Below, piece after piece: positions 24,724-39,249 of a stretch of DNA of 64,000 nt (positions within the stretch are counted from its first letter, which is position 1; every line of letters begins with the position of its first letter). Position numbers and translations under genes: made by a program. The stretch is taken from assembly GCA_016748015.1 (NCBI GenBank), contig JAAOMT010000672.1, positions 191,431 to 255,430 of the forward strand, read 5' to 3'. A model generated the notes under the pieces. That model saw nothing but the letters and a program-made list of their open reading frames with translations. It ran no database searches and was not told the origin of the DNA. This DNA is from Geosiphon pyriformis uo1. Lineage: Eukaryota; Fungi; Glomeromycota.

Positions 24724-25418
24724 ATTTTCCAAATTGAAGCCGAGCAAGAATTATTAATTTAGCATCATTTCTTTCGAAAGTTGAATGTCACAATTCTTTA
24801 ACGTTCTGATTTCATTCTAGGCCATTTTCTCTTAACAGTTTTTGTTTGAACCCCCAAACCCTCTGAATCGCCTGCAGGATTTTTGAATCTCTATAATATT
24901 ATCATCTGTTGGTCTGGAATCATTTGTTTCTTTGATAAAGGTGAATTTTCGATACAAATTATTGTAAATCTGAGGCTAAAAATTAGAGATCAAATAAAAC
25001 AGTTAGAAATGATGCAATGAGGAAATTCGTAAATCTATAAATAATATGATCCAGACGTTCAGCCAACCTAATTAAATATAGGAGTTACTAAATCAAATCA
25101 AAATTTAAGAAAATCCCTGATCAGCCACTATTGGAGTAGGTGAATTTCACACTTGTCTTCATTCGGCCTTTGAAAAAGATCTCGACAATAAATTTTGGTT
25201 GATATCAATAATGACCATTGAATAAATATGAAAAGGAGACTTTCTAAAACTGTATAAGCATAAAAGTATTGAAACTAATTGTACAAAAGAATGGTTGACA
25301 AACGAGTAAGCAACATCTATACTGATGTTGCTTATTGAAACTATGGATAATATTGTTCGTGATAAAGGATTGCCAGCAAATAAAGTGGATGAATGAGAAA
25401 ATGATTTTAAAATCATAA

Positions 25419-28400
25419 TTATGATGTGGGGAATTCTTTATCGTCTTCCGTAGTCTTATCCACAGGTGAAGTCGTTATCTGTGAAGAGAAATAGTTCGGG
25501 GTCAATGATGGGGGAATCAAAGAAGAATCATTAATAGAACGATTTGTCGAAATCAATCTAGGCGATGAAGCAGCACTATCGATAAAAGTTGTTGAGGGCG
25601 AATTGAGAGGCCCTTGTGAATGTTTGCTAATTTTCGAACGACTAGGTCGGCTCTTCAAAGGGGAATCAGCATTTGGCGATATCCCTTCATTTTTTTGAGG
25701 TAAATGAGAAAGAGAAGCGCTCATTGGTTTCATTTCGTTACCAATCCCCCGAGTGTTACAAATACCCTCCGATTTCATCGAACTGATTGAATCTGATCTT
25801 CGGCGAGACTGAACATGTGACGAGGAATTTTCCCAATTTTCCACATCCAGCAAATAAAACTTGACACCTTTAGGTAAATCGAACGGGTTAGAGGCGGGAT
25901 CCTAAATAATTAGAGTGTAGAATAGAAAATTGATTATTCAATTTTCTCCTTTAAAATGTTGGAAGTCCAAAGCGAATATTGCATACCGCACTATCAGCGA
26001 TGCATTCTCTTATATCGACGATTCTCATAACAATCCAATCCCTACTACGTAACTGACTGTTAATCGAGTCGTTAGGGTTCAAAAAGTAATGGGGGGACTT
26101 TATGTTGAAGGCTGCCCAAATCTTGGATGTAGTATTTCGTGTTGGCAAAAACATCGCCAAATCTCCAATTTTGAAACTACGAAATCAGCAATATCTCAGA
26201 TATAATGTATATTTTTAATAAACAAAATAAGTGGATCCAAATGTCAAGAATTACTCACTTTTGGAAAGCTAACTTGTTTTTCGACTCCCAACAGGCTCTC
26301 TTATATTTCTCTAAAAGTGGTAAAACAAAAAAATTACAAATTTGATCGATTGAATAGATCAAAGAATATTATTGGCTTACATACCCTGAGAAGCCTTGTA
26401 TTCTTTCTGATGTTTTCTAGCTAAATTTTCCGCGTCTTTTGGAGATCGTCTGACCAATTCACGAACTTGCTCAAGGTCTACCTTGCTTGCAAGATTGATC
26501 AAAGTCAAGTAGCGTTCTTTAGGCCAATCATCATCGGTTTCCCTCATTTTTGCAAAAAATTGATTTAAATCTTCAGCAAGGTAGCTATCAGACATTGTTC
26601 CTTCAGACGATTTTACTTCATCGTTGTTTACTGGACTTTCTAAACTTTTTTTTTCTGACACAACTGGAATAGCAACCTGCATAGCACTCATTAAGCTGCG
26701 AATATGATCGTAGTAGTTCCAAAGTTTGTTGCTTAATGACCCCGCAAGCATAGTTCTTTCAGCCACTTGATTTTGCAATTTGCTATTCAAATCGTTAAGA
26801 TTTTGGCATGAGGTTTGTGAATCTTTCAAAGACTAAATTGAGGAACCATGATTATGATTGAAATTTCAGATTCTGTCGTCATACTAAATAGTTTTCTATC
26901 AGGAAATACCCTGCGTTTATCCTGTAAATCTTCTTCTATCCTGGTTGTCAGACTTCCAAGCTTTTGAACCATGTTTAATGGATCGACCTTGATAGAGCCA
27001 ACACATAAATGAATAAAAAAATTATTTAGATTTATGACTAGGTTCAAAAAGCTACAGGTATGATATTTACCTCTTCGGATGTAGGAGCTGAGGGATCGAG
27101 AATCTCCAGGTATTCCGTTATAGAATCGGTAAGATCTTTTACCAATTTCTGGGCCTGATCAAATACATTCGTGTAACGCTATATAAAGCCTTGGATAGAA
27201 AATAAATTTTGAGGAAATTTATAAATTTATCATACCTTTTCAAGAGAGACTTCTTTTTCCGCATAAATTCGCTTAGAAAGGTTTACCTTTTCAATGAGCT
27301 ATAACCAAGGGTTAACAGAGCGAAACTAAAATATCCATAACTTTATGAAATCATCCATATTTACCTGTGCATGCTTTTTTCGTGCGTCATCCAGAGCTTC
27401 TTCACGATTTGCAATTTTCATCTTTAAGTTTTCTCTTTCTCTTTCCATCTGAGAAACAAGAAACCTTTAGAATCCCATGTCATTTAATTAGATTCAATTG
27501 AATATGCATTATACACATACATGAGCATAATTTACTTTAGCATTCTCGGCAGCTGCTTGGTGAATTTGACTCATCTTAGTCAATTCTTCGCTTTTTTGTT
27601 TCAACTTTTTCTTTGTGTCCTGTAATTCTTTATCTCTATCCTCCAAATCTTTTTCCATAGTTTCACGTAATTGAATAGCCGCGAGACGTTCAGATTTTAA
27701 TGCTTCTGTTCGTATCCTCAAAGTCTTGGTATCATAATTATATTTTTCTTGGGTTTGGTGGTTTTCTTGAACGGACCTTTCGTATTTCTCGCTCAAATTC
27801 TTGAGGGAAATTTGTAAGTCTTGATTCTCTGCAGCTAAAGAGTTCACCTCTGCAAGTTTTTTTTCATGCTCCTCGTTAGTTCCTTTGAGTTCGGGAATCA
27901 GTGTCTCCAAATACTGGCAATGCTGTTCAATTGATTCATTTTTATCACCAAGATCCTTATAGCGTTGTTCAAGGGTTTCATTTTCTCTCACAGCATCCAG
28001 GTAAGATTTTTCTAATATCTGATTTTTTTTGGATGCCTCTGTAAGAGAGAATTCAAGATCTTGAAAACGCTCTTCCATATCGCTTGCACGTTTTTTTAAT
28101 ACTTCATTCTCTTTCAAGACATTATCGTAATCATGCTTTTGAGAATTGTAGTGAGTTTCAATCTCATCTAATTGAATTCTGAGATATTCTCTTTCACCAG
28201 AGAGCTCAGTATGAGCGGTTTCCGTTTCATGATCTCGGGCTTTCAAATCTTCTATCTTTTTTACTAAATTCTCATTATCACTTATGAGATCCACATATTT
28301 CGTTTCGATCTCGCGATAATGCGCTTCGATGTCATTGACTCGTTCCTCCAAAGCTACCTTTTCCCCTTTGAGATTGTTATGTGCAGATTGCAAATCTTGG

Positions 28401-31400
28401 TACTTTTTTTTCATGTTAGCCAGCTCTTGGTCAGTATTAGCCAACATCTTTGTCGCAGAGGGGTCCAATTTGGGGGGTAAATCCTCAGAATTCTTTGATG
28501 CCTGATAATTTGACTGTAATGTATTCTCAAGGCTTCTTATGCGAGCTTCGTAAGCCTGCATAAAAATGTTAATTTTCAATATAAATTTGATTTAAATAAT
28601 CTCAAGGAACGAATTCATTACCTTTATTTTTGCTTCTGTGTTTTCGAGTTGTTTATTTTTTTCTAAAAGTAACAAGTCAGTATTTGTGTTACCGCCAGAT
28701 ACACCGTCTTCAGAAAAACTTTGTCTGGAAAGACGCTTAGATCGCCGGCCCAATTGGGTTGGAGGTGACAAGACATTTGGAGAACGTGCTATCACAAAAA
28801 TTGAGTTAGATAATTTCGAGGCTAATAAATTGTCAAGCAAGGCAAAGTAGTAAAGAGAGTTACACCGTATACTGACAATCGTAAACGGAAGACGTATGTG
28901 AAATGAAATTTATCCCCTTTTCAGAGAAGACTAAGTGGAAAAGATAAGTCTGATGTCATGATTAAGATATAAAAAATAAATAAATTGAACATAGACTCTT
29001 AATCACTCACAGCGTTTTTCGATGATTCGCATGAATTCCACGTTCATTCCTTCCAATTGGTCAGATGACTTCAATAAGGCATTTTGTAAGGCCGCATAAT
29101 GATCATCTGATGTCTGGTGCCTGATGGATCGCGTAAAAAAACTTGGTGTTTGTTGGGTACTTGATGGTCGAATTTGAGTAATCAAATCGGCAAACTCTAA
29201 TAAAAGAAATTGCTTTTAAATTATGAAATTGACCAAGACCATAAAGTATTTTTCAACCAAAAAAGTACCCTGAATATCTTCTTTAGAGAACTGTGGCAGC
29301 CGATCATCTCTGAGGTTAGGGGTCGATATCTCACAAATTGGTGGATTGTCATCCAAAGCTAAGTTTGATAAGATCGGTTAAAATTTTTTAGCTAAACTGA
29401 TAAAATCAACAAAAGATTAATATCTCTTCATATGCAAACCTGGCACATTCAACTGAAGGACTTTCTTTACCTCGGTTCGATAAACATCCCGTCGCTTTCT
29501 TTCCAAATCGCGAAAATGTGACATTATCTCGGCCAAGGTGTGCGATTTTTGTACAAGAAGCTGTGTAAAAAGGTGAAAGTTAGATAATGAATTTCGAGAA
29601 ATTCTTGGCTGAAAAATACGTACTTTAGTGTATTCTTGTCTTCTAACTATTTCGAGAATAGTCATTCCCTGTTTGTGAAATAAAAAATAGACTTGTGTTA
29701 AAATAGTTTTATTAGGGGTATTTTTTCAAATGTCCCAACAAATCTTACATAAGCAAAAGGTAATTGTTGAACTTGAGCTAAGCGTTTATAGTCTTGATTA
29801 AGAGAGCGAATTTCTGAATTCAAAACGGAAAGCGTGTCAGGTATGCTTGCAATTGAAGATTCCAGGAGTGATATTTGTTGTAAGCTGGATATCAATGTCG
29901 CAGTCATGGTATTCTGCAAAATCAGAAACGTTTGTAAATTTGATAGTCACTTCAAGTATAAATTTGTAACCTCCCATTCACCTTCCAATGGGTAAACATG
30001 TTAACTTGATCGCGTATATACTGATCGCTCTTCTCCATGGCTAAAATTAACCGCAATCATGATAAGAAATGGATTTCATATATAGTATCAATCGTGAAAA
30101 GTACCTGGAATGTAATCCTTGGTATGAATATCGGCAAGATGCTCAAATGCTTCAATTGTTTCAATAGCCTTATCGTATCCTGATGGGGAGTGATGATCTA
30201 AGAGATCATTTACTTTGTTTTGTACGCGTCCTAAATCTAAAAAGGAATCCAGCCAGATTTAGCATATTAATCTTATGAGATGATAACAATAAATTAAAAG
30301 ATTTTATACCTCTCTCCAGTTTTTCATTGTATCTTTTTATAGATTCCAACAATTCACGAACACGTAACATTTTTTTTTCATTCGCTGGAAAGCTATTAAA
30401 GAAAGTCAAATTAAAAGAAGAAAAGATAAACGTTATATTATAAATAAGATATATTACATACTGGCCATCGAACTTTTTCTTTTGCAAAGCCTCGGTTCCA
30501 AACTGTACGGATTGAACACTCTCCTGGAGAGCAGAAATTCTTTCAATGATTTTTTCTATAATAAGTTCAATAAGCACAATTAAAATCAGAGCAACATTAT
30601 TTTTATATAATTGAACAGAAGGTAAATGCCTTCTACAAACCAAATGCTTCTTGTTCTTCTTTAGCAATGTTCAAAGGTTGCCCTTCAGTTACAAAATTTG
30701 CCAAAGTGATCGGCTCATTATTTCGAGATACTATATTGGAGGCTTTCAATATCTCTGGATGAATTGTAATGCGTCGCAAGATAGCAAGATCTTCGGGTAA
30801 ACTAAATCAATCGAATAAGAGAATTTTTTATGAATCCACATAGACTCAATCAGCATGTATCAGAATTTGAAGTAACCTGTTAACTAAACGATTATTTTTT
30901 GCGATTTCAGTTTCAGCGAATCCTTGAAATTCTTCATGGGCGTTCACAATAGAACTACAAATTTTCAACATTAGGTTTGTTCAATGCTTGGGTTAATATA
31001 ATAGAAATCTTATATACAGTCTTTAGGGTTACCGAGTATGGGATTCAAGGTTTGTTAATGCAACCCCCAAAGCCCTAAGCTGCACTTTCTGTTCTTGGAA
31101 AAATCGTTCACAAATATCGGCATGAATCCCAGCAAATTTTACGTAGGACTAGAGTCAATATTTTGTCAAATTAAAATTGTTAATAGTCTCGGGAAGTAAT
31201 TTTTTGATTATGTCAGCTTATCAGGTATTCTAGATTTACCTGGCCTTGAGAATAATGAGCTTCAAACACTCTTACAATTGAAATACATTCTTCAGAAAGG
31301 TTGAAGTTTCGCCAACTGGTACGATTTTTTATAGGTCTCAGACCTACTCGTACTGCCGCAGACGCTAGGGTAAATAATTTTATTCATATTATCAAAGCGA

Positions 31401-31985
31401 TAAATCAATTTGTCAAATTTTAGAATTTATTGAGCTAAATTGTAACAGATTTGAAAGTAATGTTCACTCTACCAATTACAGGTGTTTCTAAGATGGGCTT
31501 TTCGTTAAGATAACTTGTGTTTTTCACGTTTGAAGCATCAAGCAGTTCCCTATCGAAGACAAATATAATATATTCATCCTTTGATAAATTGTGTAAAAAT
31601 TGTAATATTGTTTAAATTAAGATTGAAAAATTCTTGGATAACTATATTTTTTGAACTTGAAACACATTAACACTTTGAATATTTCACCTTGCCGACAGCA
31701 GTGAGGGCCTCTGCCATCATCTTAAACTCAAGCTGCATACCAAAGCTCGTCATAAGTATCTGTGAAGAGATTGGAATGGAAGTAACTTGTTCTAACTCGG
31801 CTTTCAGAGTGTCAAGACTATTGAAAATTTAGAGAATAAAGTCAAATAATAGTTACGACTTAAATGTCACCTATGTTGAGTCTCAAGGATTCATAAGAAT
31901 TTCCAGATTTCAAATCAAATTCCTACCCATCTATTGACCTGCGCAGCATAAGCTGCTTTCCAGTTTCCGCACGGAAAAGTTTCAT
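25419..31985 (-). CDS. ATG11: Autophagy scaffold Atg11 / FIP200 (RB1CC1)-like (multi-exon)
   Basis: N-terminal MKLFRAETGK...QILMTSFG..YIIFVFDRELL; Atg17-like LEIVRRQEY; long coiled coil (27509-28555); C-terminal Atg11 domain FKIGDLAMFLPTRN..WAAFN..PHYFL..DWIVMRIV..NPFDLPKGVKFYLL. Confidence 0.92.
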
Positions 31986-34210
31986 AGTGGTACCTACCAC
32001 CTAAATGGAATTGTTCTAATATACTCTATTCAATCACTAATTAAAGACTTCAAAAGTTATTTCAAGGTACAAAAGAGATTTTTATTAATTCACGAACTAT
32101 TAGTTTCTTTGATCAATGAAAGAAGTGCTGTAAATGGGATATTCAGACTTTCGGACTTTCGGAGAAATAATTTATGGGAGAAGATCTGGTCTGCTGACCT
32201 TATGACAAAGTTAAGGGAGCCTTTCCCGTGAAATTTCCTATTGGTCAAACAATGTTCATTTAAACAATGATGCAAACTTAACTCATGATGCAACTTTTTG
32301 TCTTTCTGACATAAATATATTACAATAACTTTCTTATGAATTGATATAACAAATAACGATGTTTATTTTTATAATATTAATTATTATTATTTCACCATTC
32401 TTATTCTTATTAAGGAATGTTAAATGTTGTTTGATTTAAGTTTAATTGGTCAATATTTTGGGAAATCACAAATTTTGAAGTTGTTTTTTGATTAAGTTTT
32501 GTTTTATAAAAATTTTATTAATTAATCAAAATTATTTTATAGATATTATTATTATAATTTATAAAAAAGTAAATCGAAACAACAATAAACAATATTAAAA
32601 AAATCAAATAAATAATATTAAAAATTTAAAAATACAAAAAAATTTTTTATATTTTTTAAAAAAAAGATAAAATTAATTTATAATTCAAATAAATATTTGA
32701 TGATGTTTGTTAAAATCTTATAAATTTATATATATACAGGAAATAAACAAAAAGAATCTGTAATTTTGTTTTTTACACATTTTATTAATTACATATATAT
32801 AAAAAAACTTGTAAAATATAAAGTTGTATCTCTATTTGGTTCAATTACTGTTTTTATTCTTTAAAGCATAATTTGAATCAAAAATTGCAAAAAAAAAATT
32901 GGTATATTCACTTTTTGTATTAAATTAATTAATTAATTAATAAATAAAATAATAATAATAATAATAATAATAATAATTTAGTCAATGATTAAATTATTAA
33001 TAAAAAATAATATTTTAATATTTTTAATTTTTACATATAAATATTAAATTATAGTATATAAATTAATTGTAATTTATATAATACTTATTTATTACATTTA
33101 TAATTTTATTTTTTTTAGTTATAAATTAAGTAAATAATTAAGATTAATAATTAAATAATAAATTGATAAATTAATTAATAAAAATATATAAGCTAAATAA
33201 ATATTTTAAAATTTATTAAAAAAAAATACAAAATTAATTTAAATTATTAAGTTAAAAAAATAAATAAGAATTAATTATTTAAATTAACAAAATACCATTC
33301 AAAGTTATTAAAATGATTTAAAAAATAAAAAAAATTATCATAAAATATCTTCAAACTTCATACAATTTATCTTTAAAATTTTAATTTTTAAATTTATTCT
33401 AATATAGCTTAATTATTTAGCAAATTACTGGTTATTATAAATTTTAAACAAAAATGTACTTTATTTTTAAATTTTCATTTTCTAATATTTCTATTACTAT
33501 TCTTTAAAATTAAAAAAAGATTTTTTGGTTTTATTTTTTGATTATTTTTAGGCTCTATCAATAATTTAAAAATAATGTTATTAAAATTGAAACGCATTAT
33601 CGCACAAAAAAAACACTTATCCTTTTACAATTTTGGTTTAAAGATTCCAATTTCTAAAGTGAATATTTGATTCTGCAAATTATTTTATAAACTATGTAAA
33701 AAGCTTTTTTTCGCTATTTTGCTGTTTTTTAAATTTGTAATATTTAAAGACCAAGTTTCAAGAGGCATTATTAAAACATACGAAGCTGTCATTTAAAATA
33801 GTTTAAGAATATAAAAATTTCAGACATTCTTTTAAAATTGGGAATTCTCCATGACTGGACAGATCCACTTTATATACCGTATTGAAGTTATTACATCAAC
33901 CCATCAATATATAGCTTTCAACAATTTTCAAATTCAGTTTAAAAACCATTCATTTCCGTATTTTGATGCCAATTTAAAAAATTAAATTCATTTTTTTTTT
34001 ACATGAAAAATGAGGTACGAGTGTTAAAAGTTACCTATTTAGCTAATGAAATTGTCCACTTGGTAATAAACCATTTTCGGCTAGCAAAAGTCCATTTCAG
34101 CAATGGAAAGAAGATTTAAAAGAGTAAAAGGTTGGAACCTATCTCCTATACTATGAATATATTTTATAGTAACCACCAATTATTTAAACAAAGAATTCTC
34201 TAAACGAAAT

Positions 34211-36107
34211 TTACAACTCTTCTTTTACATATTGAGCACTATCTTTTACATATTCAGCACTATCTTGCACTTTATCAGCTGCTTTCTTAACACCAGACTT
34301 GGCAGTATCTTTTGTAGCATCTCTTGCAGAGGCCAATCGATTACGAAGAGCATCGAGGAATTCAGAAATCTTTGCTTCAGTCAAGTCACGAGCATCTTTA
34401 ACACCTTCAAATTTTTCTTTTATCGTTTCTTGCAGAATGTTCGTCTGTTCACGGGTTAAATGTTGAGTATCGGTTATTTGTTGTTCCAACGTATCAATCA
34501 CCTCTTCCATTTTTCCTTTTCTTTTGCGAGTGGTAAATGCGTTTTTGACACCATCAATTATATTGTTCAATTGATCCTGGCCAGCATCTCGTACTTGCGA
34601 GGAAGTATCTCGAACCTGATCAGAGGTGGATTGGTACGCATCTTTCACAGGGTTGAATAAATAGCGGTTAATGGTCTTTGCAATTTCGGCGAATTGTTCC
34701 ACTGTTACGTTCTTTCCTTCACCGATCTTGCGACTAAATTGATCGAGTGCACTTTGAATTTCATGACGCATTCGACTCAAGGTTCCCTCAGCACTCTTGT
34801 AATAATCTTCCACTGAGGAAGTGAGTTGATCGTAAGTTGATCCAATTTCATCAGCGCTGATATTCTTGCTGGCAATCAACTTTTCTCGAAGATCGCCTAA
34901 AATAAGTGTAACCTGAGTTTGGGTTCGAGCTTTAGCGAAGCCAGCAGTGTTACTCATTTCATTGATTTGGTCTTTGAACCAATTGACCGTATCCTTGGAT
35001 AACTTTTTGGAATTTTTATAATCATTTGCAATACGATTAAAAGCTTCCTTGGTTATTTCGTCACGTTTAGCTTGGGCACCAGAATAAGTGTTACTTATCG
35101 AATCGAGGGAGCTGGAAATAGCTTCGTTTCCTTTAGACTTTGTGGTCGCCAATTGCTTTTTAATCTCGTTAAAGGTGGAAGATATTTGATCTTCAGTAAG
35201 ACCTGTCGTATGACGAAGAGTGTCGATGGAGTCGGCAATTTCAGTTACGAAGTCGTCCATCTCGTCAGCAGTGACTTCTTGAGCATTAGTATATTCTGAA
35301 AAAAAAATTTTTTTTTATGATTTTAGTGATTTATGAAACCAACAGTCAGTATATTATCTTAAAAAAATGGTTAACCGCTTACTATCTTTCACATATTCAA
35401 TATATCGCCTGACAAAATCTTGAACTGCGCCCGCACTCGTGCTCGCATCAGTTTTCGCATCGTCCCAATTTGAATTCACCAATTCTAACAAATCATGTTT
35501 CTCGGGAATCCCTTCATAATCGATTCGATGATCGGCGAGCCATTCTTTAAGTTGATGGAGTGACCAAGTGGAAGGCTCCTTGGGGTCTGCGAATGTGATT
35601 TTTAATCGATTCATTTAGGAATTTTGTAAAAAAAAAGGAGTATAAAAAAGGGAAAAAATATAAATTCTACTTACTGTAACTACTTCTAGACGCCCAAACC
35701 GCGACAAATAACGTCAGGAGGGCAAGCAAACCAATAAGCATGTTACGTGTTCTATAATTTTTCATTTTTTCAACTACTAATTCTTGGTATTGTTCTGCTT
35801 TACGTTTCTTGTCTTCAAGATTGAACTTGTCTTTTAGATTATTGATTGTTTCTTGGTAACCGGCGGTTTGTTCTTTGTGGTGGCCGCCGTTCTGTTCTTT
35901 GTGGTGGCCGCCGTTCTGTTCTTTGTGATGGCCGTTCTGTTCTTTGTGATGGCCGTTCTGCTTTTGCACTTGAATGTTCTTGCTAGTATCCAGTTTTTGT
36001 TTATTCGAAGGGTTGGCTTTAAGTACGTCGGGCGACGTAGTAATAGGGTGAGCAGTTATTTCTTCTGAATCTTGTGGTTTAGTCCTACGGCTTGAGACTT
36101 CTTCCAT
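34211..36107 (-). CDS. Ish1/Msc1-like ER/nuclear-envelope membrane protein, 3 exons (36107-35675, 35586-35383, 35295-34211)
   Basis: One TM helix (MLIGLLALLTLFVAVWA), Ish1-like motif TWSLHQLKEWLADHRI...DLLELV, amphipathic LEA-like helices and C-terminal KEEL. GT-AG introns keep frame. Confidence 0.8.
35870..35962 (-). repeat. Coding tandem repeat QNG(G)HHKE x4 (21/24-bp units)
   Basis: GTTCTTTGTG(A/G)TGGCC(GCC)GTTCT repeated four times. Confidence 0.9.
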
Positions 36108-39100
36108 GTTTATATATATGTTCAAGTGTTTTGGGCAATATATAAAATCAGGATCAAAATCAAATTTAGTGTTTTAGCTGTTTGGTTCGCGTATGTGAAA
36201 CTGGCTTTTTTATAATGATAATGGATTCGTCAATGATTAATGACTTTATGGTGACGCTTGACTTTCGTCGATACGCATCATAATAGGGCTTTTTAGCAAG
36301 GGGTGGATCATTGATAAATTTCAAAGGTTGACGAAGATTAAAAAGAAGTTTTACGCCTTTCGTATGAATGATGGGATAATTACATCATTCTTGCGATTTT
36401 AGAAGATCGGTAGGACTTCTAAAAACTCTAAGGAACGAAAAAATCAGAAATTATTTCGGTTTCTTTTCTTTGTCATAACCGGATGACAGTTAGTGATGTA
36501 TATTTGTTTGTTGGTTGCATGAAATTCGTTAGCAAATCGTCATTTGTGAAGATCTGGGAGAAATTAAAATGATTTTCCAAAGGATATGAATTGGGAATTC
36601 ATTTTAAACCGTTTTTAGTCGAAAAAATTTGTGGTTATTTGATCGGGTAACTTAATTTTCTAAAATTCAAAAATAAAATTGACTTTAAAGATTTTTTTTT
36701 TTTTACCTGAATTAAAAAAATTGATTCCAAAAGAATATTTTTCTGTTTCGATGAGAAAATGACTGGGAAAAAGAACAGCCATTTAAATCGGTGATTTCAG
36801 CAGAAATATTTTTGGGACTATATCAAAGAATAAAATTTTTTTTTCCCTTTTTTCGAAATTTTAATTTTTTTTACATGTGAGAACATTTTGATGCATGCGT
36901 GAAATAAGATTGAAAACAAAACCATCAAGATGTTACGTATCAAAAAAAAAAAAAAAAAAAAAAAAAATAATAATAATAATAATAATAATAATAATTCCGT
37001 GTAACAGCCAGCGGGAGCTTATTCAAGATTGAAACCATTATTGAATTGTTTCTATAATGCTTTTTGAATTAATAATTTCACTATGGTAAACCTTTTAGAT
37101 GTTGTTGATAATATGTCACGAGATATTGAAAATAAAGGTAAGTTTATAATTCTAAAAGATAATAATAAATCTATATACAGCGATATGTCGTTCATGACAG
37201 CAAAAAAAAAAACCCTTGATAATGAGGAGGAAGACAGATAATTAGTATACGGACTAGCGTAAAACTTTAATGACGATAAAATGCTAAAGGATGGAAAAGG
37301 CCGAATATGAGACTTTTTTCCATTGAAAAATTAGAAAAAGGTGAGCCAAGTATTTCGAACTTTATTGTTGGATAACAAAGATATGTGTGCATGACGATTT
37401 TATTTTTATTGAGAGCTAATCTCGTTTTATTCAAAACATGAGGAAAGGCTTTTTGATGGAAAATAAGACTTTTAAAATTATTTGCTAACTTTTTTTTTCC
37501 CATAAATGACATCATGAGTTCTAGTAATTTGGTGTCATAATTTGGGGTGTCCTTTTTTACTTTTCATCATTTTAAAAATATAGCAAAAGACTAGATTGTC
37601 CTCAACTGAAATTATAAATGCATTTAATTTCTGAAAAAGTGTTCACTCTATCTATACGAAAGAGAGATTTTCAATTATAGAATTTATCAGTAACATTCGG
37701 CTATCTTGCCACCGGTGGCGACATCAATAAATGGTATTGAACAAAAATTTTTGCGGGTTCTGGGTTAGGTGATGAATCAAAGTTGTATATTCTCTTCAAA
37801 AAATAAATAATTAGAAATTTTTATAACGGGAATAACATAGAGATATTAAAGTTTCTGGATTTTTCAAGTAAATCTACTCCTATCATATCGTTAGCTTTTT
37901 TGATCCATATTCTTGGCACTTTAATTTTTTCCTCCATACATCAATTGAACTAATTTTTAAAGCGAAAATTGCTAAACTTTTGATATGTTAAAAAATTTTA
38001 TAGGGTTATAAATTCGTTTCACCTTTGTCTTTGAAAATTGGATATTTGCAAAAGCCTAACTAATATATATTTTTTTTTCGCGATCATCTGAAACCAATTA
38101 ATTAATAATTGATGTTTATTAATTCAATGTTAAAAGAAGAAAAAATATATATATATATATATATATATCTCAACTGGAAACGATTGGAAATTGTTCATTC
38201 CTTAAATATTGTTCCCTATCATCACAAGATTAAGTTAGTTGCATGGAAGCAAGAAAATAAAGCATTATTTTTTCCAATCCCCAAAGAAACAAACGGTGCA
38301 ATTAGCAATCCCTATAACCTTTTATTGTGTAATCAGCTTTTCATTTACTAACAATCCATGTGTCATCAGCTTAATGAGAAAGACCGAGTATATTGTATCC
38401 AACTTCTTTTTGGTAAAACCCATTATTTTTGCTTATACTATTTTGGAGGTAAAATTTTATGCTCCCAAAGCAAGATTTATATAAATACTATGTAAATATA
38501 CTATCCAAAAACTGGATTTATTTATTTATTTATCTATCTATATAAACCTTTGTCGTATTTAAGTTACAAGATATTTATATATCCAATATATCTAATGACT
38601 TCTCCGAATCTCCCCAACTATAGTTTGATAGAAATATTTTATTATTACGGTATTTTGATCTTAAAAGCAAAAATAATTGTAAGCTTTAAATCATTTTTTT
38701 ATCAAATATAGGATGTTTTGAATTGCACAATACATATTGATTACTAAATCGTTATTGATTTTTTTTTTCAGAGGCTATAGATTCTTTCTTGATTAATAAA
38801 CATCTTTGACTCGAATCAGATTTTTTTTTCTTATGTCAAAAAATTACATAATAGTGATTAATTGTGAAATAAGAAAAGCTTCTACTATTATTCATAATAA
38901 GTAATGCGGTTATTCGTAAACTACGAAATAAGTATTTAATGAATTTTACCAAAAATAAAAAGTTTACAAATAAGTTCTATCAGAAGTAAACTATCAGAAA
39001 ATTATATTAAAATACAAATATAGATAAAATTTTTTCAAGATACCTTTAAATGGTATTAAAAAAGATTTAGCAAAGAAGCTGTTGTTTTCAACACTTTGGA

Positions 39101-39249
39101 ACAACAATAATTTCCTCTCTTTATTGTTGAATTTGAAGCCAATGGATTCACAATACATAAAGATGAAATGGTTATAGTAGAAAACTCTATTTGAATATAA
39201 TAAGTTTCTTGCAACTGCTCCTTATAGGACAGAAGATGAAGTAAATACA

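Noticed and set aside
20881-31985. Functional SEC15-ATG11 gene cluster
   Set aside because: Convergent adjacency of two trafficking genes is not evidence of co-regulation without synteny data.
32300-33600. AT-rich tract as a defined TE (also 54800-55750)
   Set aside because: May be a fully eroded repeat, but no termini or protein remnants could be recognised.
37690-37790. WD40-like fragment DVATGGQDSR on the minus strand
   Set aside because: A single short motif with no supporting repeats or exon structure.
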